Origin: an uncultured Rivularia sp.
GTDB lineage: Bacteria; Cyanobacteriota; Cyanobacteriia; Cyanobacteriales; Nostocaceae
Assembly: GCA_963665115.1 (NCBI GenBank)
Contig: OY762007.1
Location: 8,000,001-8,064,000 of the forward strand
DNA length: 64,000 nucleotides
Direction of reading: 5' to 3'
Shown: positions 10,955-22,820 of the stretch, piece by piece
Position numbering within the stretch: the first letter of the stretch is position 1
How the letters are laid out: each line of letters begins with the position of its first letter
Translations under genes and position numbers: made by a program
The notes under the pieces: model-generated
The model's input: the letters and a program-made list of their open reading frames with translations, nothing else
The model's database searches: none
Told to the model about the DNA's origin: nothing

Positions 10955-11230
10955 GGGATTGGGAATTGGGCATTGGGCATTGGGAATAGGGAGATGGTGA
11001 GTCCACTCGCGTGGGGTCGGTTCCCTCCATTGAGCGAAGTGGCGTTAGCGCAGCGAGGCGTTAGCCTTACCCGAAGGGGGAGATGAGGAGATGAAGAACA
11101 TTTTACAAAACAATTGTAGTGGGAGCATCTTGCTCCCCGATCGCTCTTTCAAATACCCAATTACCAATTACCAATGCCCCATGCCCCATGCCCAATTCCC
11201 CATGCCCAATGCCCCATTCCCAATTCCCAA
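10955..11230. repeat. Opposed STRR tracts (GGGAATT/GGGCATT and CCCAATT/CCCCATG) flanking short dispersed repeats and a GTAG-REP hairpin
   Basis: Heptamer runs at 10955-10992 and 11156-11230; GTAGTGGGAGCATCTTGCTCCC at ~11116. Confidence 0.7.
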
Positions 11231-11322
11231 CTGTTCGTTTATGATTGAGAATTTAATAGTTAAGGGTTATAATTCTTCACTCATAAGTTTATTAGTCTAA
11301 CTTTTTGTAACAGGTAAATACT

Positions 11323-11814
11323 ATGTTGTCTAACATACTAAAAATAATACTTGGTGTTTTCTTAGCGATAGCTATTTTAGTGGGTGGTAGTGCTGCACTA
11401 GCGATTTATTTTATGAATCGAACTTCTATTACTCCTCCAAAACCTGTTTTTTCTAATGATAAAGCTGCGGTGAAAGCGCAAGCTGCAAAAACTCCTACTC
11501 CTGGCGCAACTACTGCTAATTCTCAGACGAAAACTGCTCCAAAACCAAAACCTACTCCGACAAAATCGGCATCAGAAGAACAAGAAAAGCCATTACCTCC
11601 AGGTGCTTATCCCGCAACTGTAACTTGGCCTCAAGGTTTAATTTTGAGAGCGGAACCAGAAGTTAATGCAGAACGTCTAGGTGGTATTGGGTTTAAAGCA
11701 AAAGTTGTAGTTTTAGAATTAAGCAATGATAAAGTTTGGCAGAAGATTCGTATCGAAGATAGTGGGAAAGAAGCTTGGGTAAAAGCGGGTAATACCAAGA
11801 AAGTAGAGGAATAA
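11323..11814 (+). CDS. Membrane-anchored SH3b-domain protein
   Basis: N-terminal TM helix, Pro/Thr linker, GLILRAEP...WQKIR...AWVKAGN SH3b pattern. Confidence 0.8.
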   Translation: MLSNILKIILGVFLAIAILVGGSAALAIYFMNRTSITPPKPVFSNDKAAVKAQAAKTPTPGATTANSQTKTAPKPKPTPTKSASEEQEKPLPPGAYPATVTWPQGLILRAEPEVNAERLGGIGFKAKVVVLELSNDKVWQKIRIEDSGKEAWVKAGNTKKVEE

Positions 11815-12561
11815 ATTCTCTTCGCTTTGTACGGAGTTCAGTTCCTGATTTTTTATTTATACAAAGCATCCCGGCTACAAATACATTGGACGAGGTTGAG
11901 ACTCGACTCGAAAGGGCTAACGATTAAAGTTTAAAAGTTAAGTGAAAATTATAGTATTATAATTTCATAATTTTTTTAGCAGTACTTAAATAGGACTTAA
12001 TCTAATTGTATATAAAAGTTAAAAAAGTATTATTTACTCCAACATTGAAAAATAATTTCATGTATAATTCCAACATCTATTACACAAAAGTACGCGCGTG
12101 ATTACTTAAAGTATAGGTGATTTACTTTAATATCTGGTATATTTTGTATGGGTGCATAAAAAACTAGAAATATCAATAGTTCATTGCATCGGTATTAAGG
12201 ATTCTAAAATCGTAAAGCTGCGAATAATTAAACGCAGTTGCGATTAATAGTAAAGCTAATGTCTTAGAAAGTCATCGTTAGTAACGGTAGAAGTCATATT
12301 ACATCAAGTCAGGTAAATCTAATAGAAGACAGCATCTTGTAAAGAATCGCCCTTCTGTAGTAGTTTGTCAAAAACTACTCATATAAATTGCAAAAAAATT
12401 CTTCCTGTGAGGTGAATACTATAACAGGGAATTTCTTTAACTTAAAAACGATGAAAAAAATCGGTTCCGATCGCCAAAATTTAGCGGAGAAAGCACCTTT
12501 CAATGATGAGGTTGTTTCCGTCAAAGTTGATTTCAAGTTATTTGCCGATATTCGTGAAAAA

Positions 12562-14052
12562 ATGTCTAACAATAGCAGACTTGCTCTACCTTGGATATCT
12601 GTTGTAACAACTCTAACGATACTGGGAAGCTCAAGCGAAGTTTTGGCTTTACAAAGGGGAGATAATAATTCTCAAGTTAAGAATGTTCAGAGTTGTTTAA
12701 AAAGGTTGGGTTATTTTAATGGTCCGGTAAACGGTAATTTCGCTTCTATGACAGAAACTGCCGTGAGAAAATTTCAGCGAGCTAATGGGATATCAGATAT
12801 CGGAAAAGTAGGCCCTAGAACCCAAGCTGCATTGCAACGCAGGTGTGGTAGTGGAGGTAGAACTGTTTCTGCAAACGATTGTCAGCGCGGGCTTAGAAAC
12901 GGTTGCGATGGTACTGCTGTAAGAGAGTTGCAACGCAATTTAAGAACTCTGGGCGTTTATAATGGCCCAGTCACTGGTCGATTTCGCGAACTAACTAGGA
13001 ATGCAGTTGTTAATTTTCAAAGACGGAATGGCATAAATCCCATTGGTGTTGCGGGGCCTCAAACTCAACGAGCAATACGTTTAGCGTTAAACCCACGACG
13101 ACAAGTCAATCCACCCTCTAATACAAATCTTCCCGGTCGTTTTTGCGATTATAGAAGAGAAATTATTCGCTTCGGCTGTAGAGGTGACTGGGTAAGACAG
13201 TTACAGCAAAGATTAAAGACTTTAAATTACTTTAGTGGAAATCCTACTGGCTATTTTGGTCAAATCACTAGAAATGCTGTAGTTAAATTTCAGCAAGACA
13301 ATCGCCTCCCTACTACTGGAACAGTAGATTCAGTTACTTGGGGCAGAATCGTAAATAGCCAAACAGTTTCTACTTCTACAACTATTTTACCGCCTAGTAT
13401 TATCACAATTGGTACCAGGGGTCCTCAAGTTACAACTTTACAGCAAAATTTGAAGCAGTTGGGTTATTTTTACGGAAACCCTACAGGCTTTTACGATAAA
13501 TCTACTCAAGAAGCTGTAGTACGATTCCAGCAAAGTTACGGTTTACCAATGACTGGAAATCTAGATCCGCGTACTTCTCAAACAATAATTCAAGTATTGA
13601 GAAGTAGTAGAGGAGGCATGGGAGGGAGTTCGGACTTTGAGCCAATTTATCCCGGTGATAACAATCCAAGAGTTGAAAAACTGCAAGAGCGTTTGCTGGA
13701 ATTAGGATTACTAAAAGCAAATCCCACTGGTTATTTCGGTCCTTTTACTAGAGAAGGTTTGCTTGCATTCCAACGATATCAAGGATTATCCGAAACTGGC
13801 TTTGTAAACGAGCCAACTTGGGAAAAACTGGGGTTTAACAGTTCTCGCAATAAACGTTATGTAATAGTTGTACCTTTGCGAAGTCCAGATGTTTACAATC
13901 AAGTACTTCAATACGTACCTTCAGCCCAAGTTGGAAAATCCAAATTAGGAGATTTTGTCAACGCAGGAGAGTATAACGAGCGCGATCGAGCACAAAGACA
14001 ATCTCAATTTTTGCGCGATCGCGGTTTTGATGCCAGAGTGCAGTATTTTTAG
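12562..14052 (+). CDS. Secreted multi-peptidoglycan-binding-domain protein
   Basis: Five LxxGxxGxxVxxLQxxLxxLGY..TGxF..TxxAVxxFQ repeats; signal-like segment after ATG 12562 (start uncertain, ORF open from 12388). Confidence 0.85.
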   Translation: MSNNSRLALPWISVVTTLTILGSSSEVLALQRGDNNSQVKNVQSCLKRLGYFNGPVNGNFASMTETAVRKFQRANGISDIGKVGPRTQAALQRRCGSGGRTVSANDCQRGLRNGCDGTAVRELQRNLRTLGVYNGPVTGRFRELTRNAVVNFQRRNGINPIGVAGPQTQRAIRLALNPRRQVNPPSNTNLPGRFCDYRREIIRFGCRGDWVRQLQQRLKTLNYFSGNPTGYFGQITRNAVVKFQQDNRLPTTGTVDSVTWGRIVNSQTVSTSTTILPPSIITIGTRGPQVTTLQQNLKQLGYFYGNPTGFYDKSTQEAVVRFQQSYGLPMTGNLDPRTSQTIIQVLRSSRGGMGGSSDFEPIYPGDNNPRVEKLQERLLELGLLKANPTGYFGPFTREGLLAFQRYQGLSETGFVNEPTWEKLGFNSSRNKRYVIVVPLRSPDVYNQVLQYVPSAQVGKSKLGDFVNAGEYNERDRAQRQSQFLRDRGFDARVQYF

Positions 14053-14172
14053 GATTAAGAGGGGATGGGGAGAGCAGGGGAAGCTGAGGAAACCAAGGAG
14101 GCAGGAGAAGCAATTAATTTTATTTGTTAATTATTTATTTTCTACCTCCGCTGCCTCCGCTCCTAACTATTC

Positions 14173-17058
14173 TTAAGCTGCTAAAACAGAGCTACTAATC
14201 AATCGAGATTTAGATTTTAATAATAATTTTGTAGCTTCTTGGGCGCAAACAGCAGGACTAAAAAGATTTCCCTGCATTAGTTCGCATTCCAGAATTCTTA
14301 ATAAATTGCGTTGTTGTTCGGTTTCTACACCTTCAGCAACAACAGAAAGATTTAGTCCATGTGCTAAAGCAATCATTGCTGTAACGATCGCAGCATCGTT
14401 AGTCTCATTAGTTAAATCTTGCACAAAAGAGCGATCAATTTTCAAGCAGTGAATCGGAAACTGTTTGAGATAATTAAACGAACAATACCCGGTTCCAAAA
14501 TCATCTATAGATATAGAAACACCCATATTATATAACTCGGTTAAAATCTCTTTACTGAAATCAACATTTTGCATCGCAGCACTTTCAGTTATTTCCAACT
14601 CAAGATATTGTGCAGATAATTGAGTTTCAGTTAATATACGCCGCACGGTATCAACTAAGTCTGGTTGCAGAAATTGTCTTGCTGACAAATTAACCGCTAC
14701 TGCCACAGATGGATTACCCAAAATATTTTGCCAAATTTTGTTTTGGGCACAGGCAGTTCTTAAAACCCATTCGCTCATAGGTACAATAAGTCCAGTTTCT
14801 TCAGCAATAGGAATAAACTTGCTAGGAGAAATTAATCCATATTTTGGATGTTGCCAGCGTAGTAAAGCCTCGAATTTACAAATTTCTCCTGTAGTGATAT
14901 CAACTTGAGGTTGGTAATACAACCTTAATTCATCTCGCTCCATAGCATAATACAAGCTATTTTCTAAATTAAGTAATTCTGAAGCTTGAGAATTAATAGT
15001 CGAATTATAAATTTGATAGTGGTTTCTTCCTTCCAATTTTGCGCGATTTAATGCAGCATCCGCATTTTTAATTAAAGTTTCTCCATCGTTTGCATGGTTG
15101 GGATAAACAGCAATCCCAATGCTCGCACTGATATGTAAAAGATGATTGTCAATCAAAAATGCTGGTTTTAAAGCGTCTAGAATTTCTTCGGCAACACGAG
15201 CAGCATCTCGCGCATCACCGATCTCAGATAAAAGCAAAGTGAATTCATCACCCCCCCATCGAGCAATTGTATCTATCGGACTCAAACACCTATTCAAACG
15301 TTGAGCAACGCTTTGTAACAGTTTGTCACCTGTTTTATGACCTAATGTTTCGTTGATAGTTTTAAATCTATCTAAATCCAAAAAACATACGGCAACGTTA
15401 TTATTGCTCAAATTAGCTTTGATTAAAGACTCCAGCAGTCGTTCGCAAAACTGCATTTTATTGGGTAAATTGGTTAAAAGATCGTGATTGGCTTGATGTC
15501 GTATTTTCGCCTCTGCTTGAAAACGTTCGCTGATATCCCGAAAACTCCATACCCTACCTACAATTTCACTACCAATGTATTGCGGTTGCGAATAACGCTC
15601 GAATGTTCTGCCATCCTTAAATTCAATCCAATCGTAAATTTCAGCAGCGGGATAAGCTTCTAACTGCGAAGTACAAATCAAATATTCTTTCTTGTCTTTT
15701 AGCTGATTGGTTGCGAATTCTAATACTTGTGTATGGTTCCCAGATTTCATTAACGATTTAGGAATACCCCACATTTGCACAAGCTTATGATTGTAGCCAG
15801 AAATGCAACCTTTACTATCTACTAATAAAATACCGTCAGCAGTAGTTTCTAATGTTGTTTTTTGTAAAGAAAGGGATTTTTCTAATTCTTTCTGTATGTC
15901 CTTATTTTTAGCAACCTCTTGGTGTAATTCAACGGTACGGCAATTAACTTTCTCTTCTAATTCTGAATTTATATTTTGAAACTTTTTAATACTTTTATAT
16001 AAACACTGTTTTGTAATTAAGTTTTTGTAAGCAAGAGAAATAGCAAGAACTGTAGCTTGCAAAAACTTAATTTCTGTTGATTGCCACACTCGATCTTCTA
16101 AACAGTATTCCAACCCGATAAAACCGAAAAACTCACCATTAACTATAAATGGTAAAAGTAAGATTGAAACAATTCCTCTAGCTTCAAAAAACCGTTGTTC
16201 TTCAGGACTAACTTCTGTTAAATTGCTCCAAGTAATATCGCCTCTGACTAATCTCTGTGCCAAATTAGGAAAAATTTCTGCAATTGGTTTGTTTCGCAGC
16301 GGCATTTTATCGGCTTGAGATACAGTCGCAGTATCGTACCACTCAGCTTTTTGATCTATTAATAAATCATCATTTTTAGATCGATGAGCTTCACATATAT
16401 AAATTCGATGAGGCTTATAAGCTAATCTTAAAATTGACAGAATTTCTGTATAGCATTCATCGCTACCATCAAAAGTTTGCAAAGCAGTTTCTACATTAAT
16501 AAGTGCTTCTAGGTAAGCTTGATTATTTGCCCTAATCACTTTTACATCATCTTGACTACTGATTTGACTTTGCTCGTTTGCATGAGACTCTGGCTGGCTT
16601 TCAAAATCAATAAATTCGAGATTACCAGAAGTCCCAATCATTTCTCCTTGGTTATCTAATAAAGCTCGCATACGAATTTTTACAACACAAATATCGCCGT
16701 AAAAAGTTTTGTAGTGAGTTTTGTATACGCTTTCTTCTATATGTTGTGCTTTCAGAATTTTAAATAATTCTAAATTGTATAAATACTCGCAAGGATGAAC
16801 GTAATCAAGAAAATTCTTTCCAATACTCTGTGCAACAGTAAATCCAGTTAATTCATTCCAGATTGAACTAAGAAATGTCCATCTTCCCGAACTATCTGTT
16901 TCAAACAGTATCTCTTTATCAATGTGAGATACCCGATCGAGTTTATCGCTGCAAGTTGCTAGTAAATTATTTTGGGAAACTCGACAAGGAATCTGTCGAT
17001 TTGCCTTTCTCAGCTTGAGTAGTGTTTGTAATTTATGTTTTGTCATGTAAGAACACAC
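14173..17058 (-). CDS. PAS-GAF-PAS GGDEF/EAL diguanylate cyclase/phosphodiesterase
   Basis: ARWGGDEF, FEALLRW, LELEITES, SIDDFGTGY, LKIDRSFV motifs; PAS and GAF-like N-terminal part. Confidence 0.93.
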   Translation of the reverse strand: MCSYMTKHKLQTLLKLRKANRQIPCRVSQNNLLATCSDKLDRVSHIDKEILFETDSSGRWTFLSSIWNELTGFTVAQSIGKNFLDYVHPCEYLYNLELFKILKAQHIEESVYKTHYKTFYGDICVVKIRMRALLDNQGEMIGTSGNLEFIDFESQPESHANEQSQISSQDDVKVIRANNQAYLEALINVETALQTFDGSDECYTEILSILRLAYKPHRIYICEAHRSKNDDLLIDQKAEWYDTATVSQADKMPLRNKPIAEIFPNLAQRLVRGDITWSNLTEVSPEEQRFFEARGIVSILLLPFIVNGEFFGFIGLEYCLEDRVWQSTEIKFLQATVLAISLAYKNLITKQCLYKSIKKFQNINSELEEKVNCRTVELHQEVAKNKDIQKELEKSLSLQKTTLETTADGILLVDSKGCISGYNHKLVQMWGIPKSLMKSGNHTQVLEFATNQLKDKKEYLICTSQLEAYPAAEIYDWIEFKDGRTFERYSQPQYIGSEIVGRVWSFRDISERFQAEAKIRHQANHDLLTNLPNKMQFCERLLESLIKANLSNNNVAVCFLDLDRFKTINETLGHKTGDKLLQSVAQRLNRCLSPIDTIARWGGDEFTLLLSEIGDARDAARVAEEILDALKPAFLIDNHLLHISASIGIAVYPNHANDGETLIKNADAALNRAKLEGRNHYQIYNSTINSQASELLNLENSLYYAMERDELRLYYQPQVDITTGEICKFEALLRWQHPKYGLISPSKFIPIAEETGLIVPMSEWVLRTACAQNKIWQNILGNPSVAVAVNLSARQFLQPDLVDTVRRILTETQLSAQYLELEITESAAMQNVDFSKEILTELYNMGVSISIDDFGTGYCSFNYLKQFPIHCLKIDRSFVQDLTNETNDAAIVTAMIALAHGLNLSVVAEGVETEQQRNLLRILECELMQGNLFSPAVCAQEATKLLLKSKSRLISSSVLAA

Positions 17059-18654
17059 CAGTCTCGCTCACAAGCAGTTAAGTTAACCAACTATTAGTGG
17101 CATCATCGTACTTTCTGATAGCGGTAAATACTTTATATATATCTATAATTAAATAAATTAAAATAAACAATAAAATTAAATTTTAGCCTACGATCTTTTT
17201 TTGCTACTACTTCTTAATATACAGATAATTAAATTATCTATATTTTTATGCAATTGTATCCGATGTTATGAAGCATTTACAATTCGCGTTGTTATTGTAT
17301 TCAAAATTATTAAAATATCATATTTACGCTCCAAAGAAAATTTTATATGCCAAAAAGATAGATGGCGAACGCTATTTTTTTATTTCTTATTATACTTTAT
17401 ATCTCTTGTTCAACCATACTCGCAACCATTTCATTTTTTAACCTTAGTTTATACGAAGATAGATATCTTTCTAATTAGGGCTTGTTTTTATGAATTCGAT
17501 TACTTTACCACTGAATCAAGCTGCTATTGACTATACCTCTATAAAGAAATTAAGTGCAATACTTCTTACTCCTTAGTTTTTATAACAATTATTTCATTTC
17601 CATTAAATAGGCTAAAAACTTATTTACCCACGTTATAAAAGTAGTTATATAAATAAGGTGTTGAAGTAATTAAATAATTAAGGATGACTTGTCATGTTAG
17701 ACAGACATAACTAAAATTGCTTGTTATATTATGTTTGAATCAAATTCAATACCAAGCTCGAATCAGTTAACTACAATCTTCAACAAAAAGTATACCAAAC
17801 AACTTATACTGGTGTATAGAGAGAAAATACTGAAGTCTATAACTTTAGATAGATAATGCTTTGCCCTAAATAAATAGCTTTAAACAAACTGTTAAAGAAG
17901 CAGTTGCTGTGAATATAGCTTTGAAGTAATAATTATATTTTTTGAGAAGGAACGGTAATATTTGTAACCATTTTATTCAAGGTTTTATGCTTGTTTGCCT
18001 GAAAACGTATTAGCTTTCCTTCCTTGACCGATTAAAAATATTACGATATTAAGATGATGCAACTATAGCTCAAAGTAGTCAACATTTATGCCTTGCCAAA
18101 AAAGTGTTTACGGGAAGTTGTCTCTACACAAATATTGCTCCACTAGAGCCTTAGCAATACATCCCTTCTATGCTTATAAGTTTATTAAACCCATGCCATG
18201 ATGACACGCTTTAAATTAATAGTTGTCTATTGAAAATTTTGCACAAAGCTCGGGAAGAGAAGTTATGCGGGAGATAATGTTTTCTTAAGCTCAGCTTTAT
18301 CTTACTTTATGAGAAGAACGGAGGGGTATTCCACGTATGAACGCAAGAGAATATCTATACACTCAACTCCCACTAAATATAAAATCGCATTACCGCTATT
18401 CTTCTTATTTTATTCGATTATCTGTAATCATCAAGTCAATTTGTGTATTTCTTAAATAGATAAAAGTAATACGGAGTTATTAGCTTGTTCAACATGAAAT
18501 CATATTTTTAGTACAAATTAAATTTTTTGATTGTAGAAAAATATCACTATACTCCGATGCAATAATCCAAGACAAAAAATACTTGGGTCGAATGTAATTT
18601 AAACGACTTATCCTGGTAAAATCTTGCAGAACTTAAAGTTAAATAGAGGTTAAT

Positions 18655-20397
18655 ATGAGACACGAAAAACTTTCTCCCGGAATATTGTTAGCTTACGAGA
18701 ACTATCAGAGAGAAGGAGCAAGGGCATTAACAACTCACAAACGTTCGCTTGGTATAGTTTCTCCTAGAAGCACTTTGAAGCCAATTCGTAGTGTAGTTTT
18801 TATCTACTGTGATGAACAAGCAGACTTGAGTCATTTATCTGAATACGGTATTGAGATCAATCAAAATAGTGGTAGAGTCAGAACCGCTTTTGTACCTATT
18901 GAAAGTTTAGGTCGTTTATCCGAAGAACCAGCTATCGAGCGTATTAAGCCATCGCGGAAATTACATTGGCGCATGGATGTTGCACCGGAGAAAGTAGAAT
19001 TACCGCAGTTTCAGCAAAAAAAATCAAAACTAAGCGGTAAAGGTGTAGTCATCGGTGTTATAGATAGCGGTATCGATTCGGCACATCCTGCTTTCGCCGG
19101 ACGTATTTTACGTATTTGGGATCAAACATTATCGGGTAAAGGAGTTGCAGAAGGTGGTTACGGTGCCGAACTAGAAGACAAATATTTAGCAATGTCTCTC
19201 GATACTGACGGACATGGTACTCATGTGGCAGGTATTGCTGGCGGTTCCGATAAAGAGTTTTGCGGGGTTGCACCAGAAGCGCAATTTATTATTGTTAAAA
19301 CCGACTTACAGGATGCTCACATTGCTGATGCAGTTCGCTATGTTTTTCGAGTAGCTAGCGAAATGGGGCTTCCGGCAGTAGTGAATCTTAGCTTGGGCGG
19401 ACACGCTGATGGTCATGATGGTACCGATTCTCTCTCAAAAATTATCAACGCCCAAACTGGTCCGGGAAGAATTGTTTGCACTGCTGCGGGTAACGAAGGT
19501 AATGACAATATTCACGGTCAAACCAATGTTACCCCTGGTGAAATGAGTACCATGCGTTTTTCTGCACCATTAAATCAAGTAGGAATAGTATGGTTAAACG
19601 GTTGGTATTCTAAAGATTCGGAATTAGAAGTTTCGCTACGGAGTCCCAATGGTTTTGTTACACCTTTTCAACCAGTTATTACTGACGATAATCCTTCACA
19701 AGAATATAACTTATCAGATGCACGAATAGAAATAGTCACACCGGGCAAAGACCCCATGAACGGCGATTACAATTTCTTCGTGCAAATACGCGGTACTGGT
19801 GACAAACAATTCAATCAACCCGTACCCGGTGGTGTATGGCAGTTACGGTTACGCAACAAATCTTCAAAAGAAACCCGTGTGGACGTTTGGACTCTAGATG
19901 ATGTAAGTTCTGTATTTTTTACAGGTAAAAGTATTGCTGATTCGGTGAAAATTGGTTCTCCCGGATGTGCCGAAAGTGGTGTTACAGTTGGTTCTTATAC
20001 TACAAAGGCTAAGTATACTGACATTGATGGTAAAGAACGGGAAATGGGCTTAGAGCTAGATACTATTTCAGAATTTAGCAGTGAAGGACCTTTACGAAAT
20101 GATGCTCAAAAGCCGGATATTGCCGCACCCGGAGCAATGATAGTCTCAGCCCTTTCTAGCGATGCCAGCTTGGATAGGTCGATGATTATTAATTCTAAGT
20201 TTGTGGCATTAGCAGGTACAAGTATGGCAACTCCTTTTGTTACTGGCTTAGTAGCACTACTATTGCAGCGCAACCCCAAACTCAATCCAAAAGCCTTGAA
20301 AGAACTGCTCTACAAAAATAGCTCTATTCCAGGAAAACAAAAAGGAGCATTTGATAAGAAATGGGGGTTTGGGTTGATTAATGCAGAAAATCTTTAA
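18655..20397 (+). CDS. S8 subtilase-family serine protease without signal peptide
   Basis: Triad motifs GVIDSGID, GHGTHVAGIA, AGTSMATP; oxyanion AAGNEG. Confidence 0.93.
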   Translation: MRHEKLSPGILLAYENYQREGARALTTHKRSLGIVSPRSTLKPIRSVVFIYCDEQADLSHLSEYGIEINQNSGRVRTAFVPIESLGRLSEEPAIERIKPSRKLHWRMDVAPEKVELPQFQQKKSKLSGKGVVIGVIDSGIDSAHPAFAGRILRIWDQTLSGKGVAEGGYGAELEDKYLAMSLDTDGHGTHVAGIAGGSDKEFCGVAPEAQFIIVKTDLQDAHIADAVRYVFRVASEMGLPAVVNLSLGGHADGHDGTDSLSKIINAQTGPGRIVCTAAGNEGNDNIHGQTNVTPGEMSTMRFSAPLNQVGIVWLNGWYSKDSELEVSLRSPNGFVTPFQPVITDDNPSQEYNLSDARIEIVTPGKDPMNGDYNFFVQIRGTGDKQFNQPVPGGVWQLRLRNKSSKETRVDVWTLDDVSSVFFTGKSIADSVKIGSPGCAESGVTVGSYTTKAKYTDIDGKEREMGLELDTISEFSSEGPLRNDAQKPDIAAPGAMIVSALSSDASLDRSMIINSKFVALAGTSMATPFVTGLVALLLQRNPKLNPKALKELLYKNSSIPGKQKGAFDKKWGFGLINAENL

Positions 20398-20580
20398 ATT
20401 TTGGGAATTAGGAGAATTAACTCCTAACTCTTAACTCCTAACTATTCTTCAAATATTTTTAAGCCGATCAATTTAATTCAGGTCTACATAAAGATGGATT
20501 GGAATCGACTTTATACTTGATAGGCTTAAAAAGGGGCAAGTAAGATCACTATTACCTGCCCTTAATTCATTAAACAGTTT

Positions 20581-20856
20581 ATGAACTTTACTAAGCTAGA
20601 TACCGCTCTTATATTGGCTATAAAAAAAATTCAAGATCGCTCGATACCTTGTTTAGTCGTTTTTATTCATACCCAATCAGCTATAGACTCTACAGCAACT
20701 ACTGTTTTAGAAGGTTTTGGTATCACTGGTATCACGGCGCAAAAAGATGTGTTTACAGCGACACTATCGCTCAACGCAGTTGCTCAACTTTCAGAACAAC
20801 CTTGGGTGAAGTATCTGAAGCTTTCTCAGAAATTGCGTTTTGCGAGCGGGGATTAG
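20581..20856 (+). CDS. Small protein similar to the S8 prodomain (putative protease inhibitor)
   Basis: 91 aa; aligns by eye with residues ~1-105 of the upstream protease. Confidence 0.7.
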   Translation: MNFTKLDTALILAIKKIQDRSIPCLVVFIHTQSAIDSTATTVLEGFGITGITAQKDVFTATLSLNAVAQLSEQPWVKYLKLSQKLRFASGD

Positions 20857-21082
20857 AAATAGTCAAAATGTAGTTGCTTGATAATTTTTAATGTCAATTA
20901 ATACATTCTTTTCTATTCTGAAATTATTAAAATAATTATTGAAAGTCTTATTCTCACTAGGGTGATAGTGTTTTCGAGTGTTTTCATTAACTTACCTTAA
21001 TCTTTGATTTTCCCTGTACGAGCTGTCACACACAGTCATAAACTGATTAGTGAGAGCTTCAAGGCAGTCTGGAGAAATATAA

Positions 21083-22372
21083 ATGAAAAAAGTTTTAGGT
21101 ATCATTCTTGGTGGTGGTGCGGGTACCCGTCTCTATCCACTAACAAAGTTCCGTGCTAAACCAGCAGTACCCTTAGCCGGTAAATATCGCCTCATAGATA
21201 TTCCGGTTAGTAACTGTATCAATTCCGAAATATTTAAAATTTATGTCTTAACGCAGTTCAACTCTGCTTCCCTAAACCGGCACCTGACTCGCGCTTACAG
21301 CTTTGCTGGTTTTACTGAGGGTTTTGTTGAAGTCCTCGCCCCACAGAAAACCCCAAACAGTTCGAGTTGGTTCCAAGGTACTGCCGATGCGGTGCGTCAG
21401 TATCAGTGGCTTTTTGAAGAATGGGATATAGATGAGTATTTGATTCTTAGCGGCGACCACCTTTATCGTATGGACTACCGTCAGTTCGTCGAACGTCATA
21501 GAGAAACAGGAGCCGATGTTACTTTATCAGTGGTTCCGATGACGGAACGTGGTGCTTCCGCATTTGGCTTAATAAAAATTGATGATAATGGCAAGATTGT
21601 AAGCTTCAGCGAAAAACCTAAAGGTGAAGCTTTGAAGCAAATGGCTGTTGATACAACTGTACTTGGCTTAGATGCAGATCAGGCTAAAGAAAAGCCGTAC
21701 ATTGCCTCAATGGGGATTTACGTCTTTAAGAAACAAGTTTTACTCGACTTGCTGAAACAATCAAAAGAGCAGACCGATTTTGGTAAGGAAATTCTTCCTA
21801 GTGCATTAGGTAATTACAACGTTCAAGCTTTCTTATTCGATGACTACTGGGAAGATATTGGAACCATTGAAGCGTTTTATAATTCCAATCTGGCATTAAC
21901 TCAGCAACCCCACCCACCCTTTAGCTTCTACGATGAAGATGCACCGATTTACACCCGTTCTCGTTACCTACCTCCCACGAAACTATTAAATTGTCAAGTT
22001 TCGCAATCAATGATTGGAGAAGGCTGTATTATCAAAGATTGCCGGATTGTAAACTCGGTTTTAGGAGTGCGGACGCGCGTTGAATCTGGATGCAATATTG
22101 AAGACACCTTAATTATGGGGTCGGATTTTTACCAGCCTTACGCAGAACGTCAATCCGACTGTAGCGATGGTCCTACTAGTTTAGGTATCGGAGCAAACAC
22201 TACAGTTCGCCGCGCTATCATTGACAAAAATGCTCGCATCGGTTGCGACGTACAGATTATCAATAAAGATAACGTTCAAGAAGCCGACCGTGAAGAACAA
22301 GGTTTCTATATCCGCAGCGGTATTATAGTAGTACTCAAAAATGCGGTGATAGCAGACAAAACAATTATTTAG
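21083..22372 (+). CDS. glgC: Glucose-1-phosphate adenylyltransferase
   Basis: [53 protein letters not shown]. Confidence 0.97.
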   Translation: MKKVLGIILGGGAGTRLYPLTKFRAKPAVPLAGKYRLIDIPVSNCINSEIFKIYVLTQFNSASLNRHLTRAYSFAGFTEGFVEVLAPQKTPNSSSWFQGTADAVRQYQWLFEEWDIDEYLILSGDHLYRMDYRQFVERHRETGADVTLSVVPMTERGASAFGLIKIDDNGKIVSFSEKPKGEALKQMAVDTTVLGLDADQAKEKPYIASMGIYVFKKQVLLDLLKQSKEQTDFGKEILPSALGNYNVQAFLFDDYWEDIGTIEAFYNSNLALTQQPHPPFSFYDEDAPIYTRSRYLPPTKLLNCQVSQSMIGEGCIIKDCRIVNSVLGVRTRVESGCNIEDTLIMGSDFYQPYAERQSDCSDGPTSLGIGANTTVRRAIIDKNARIGCDVQIINKDNVQEADREEQGFYIRSGIIVVLKNAVIADKTII

Positions 22373-22820
22373 TAGTCATCTACAAGACTGAAACTCGGAT
22401 AGCATCAAAGTAGTTAGTAAAAATCTAACTAGAAGAGATGCTCAAACTTCGGTATTTACGCACTCTAAAATCTATTTAGAAGGCAGGCGCAAGGGAATAT
22501 ATAAGGCCCCTTAGTCTCAAATATCTAATTAAGATGTCAACCCCCCTTTTTTTTAAGGGGGGCTTTTGTAAGCTCTATGAGTCAAAATATGTCCCTCCTC
22601 TATCGGACAATATATTTATCCTTCCGATGCAAATATTTTGACCTTAAATAGTACGGAAATTTCACTGCTCCCGACTAGCAAGAACCGCACCTAGTAATTA
22701 TTTAATGTTTGTTAATTTAAAGTCAGAGTTCAAATACCCGCAATTGTTTTCTATGCGGTATATTGGCTCAATTTATACATAGAAAATATAAAGGAAATAC
22801 AACAATCAGGAGGCTAGTAG

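Noticed and set aside
11091..11300. 69-aa ORF with PMPHAQFPMPNA repeats
   Set aside because: Translation of STRR and REP sequence
17201..17530. 109-aa ORF in the AT-rich intergenic region
   Set aside because: TTG start, low-complexity F/I/Y/L composition, no motifs
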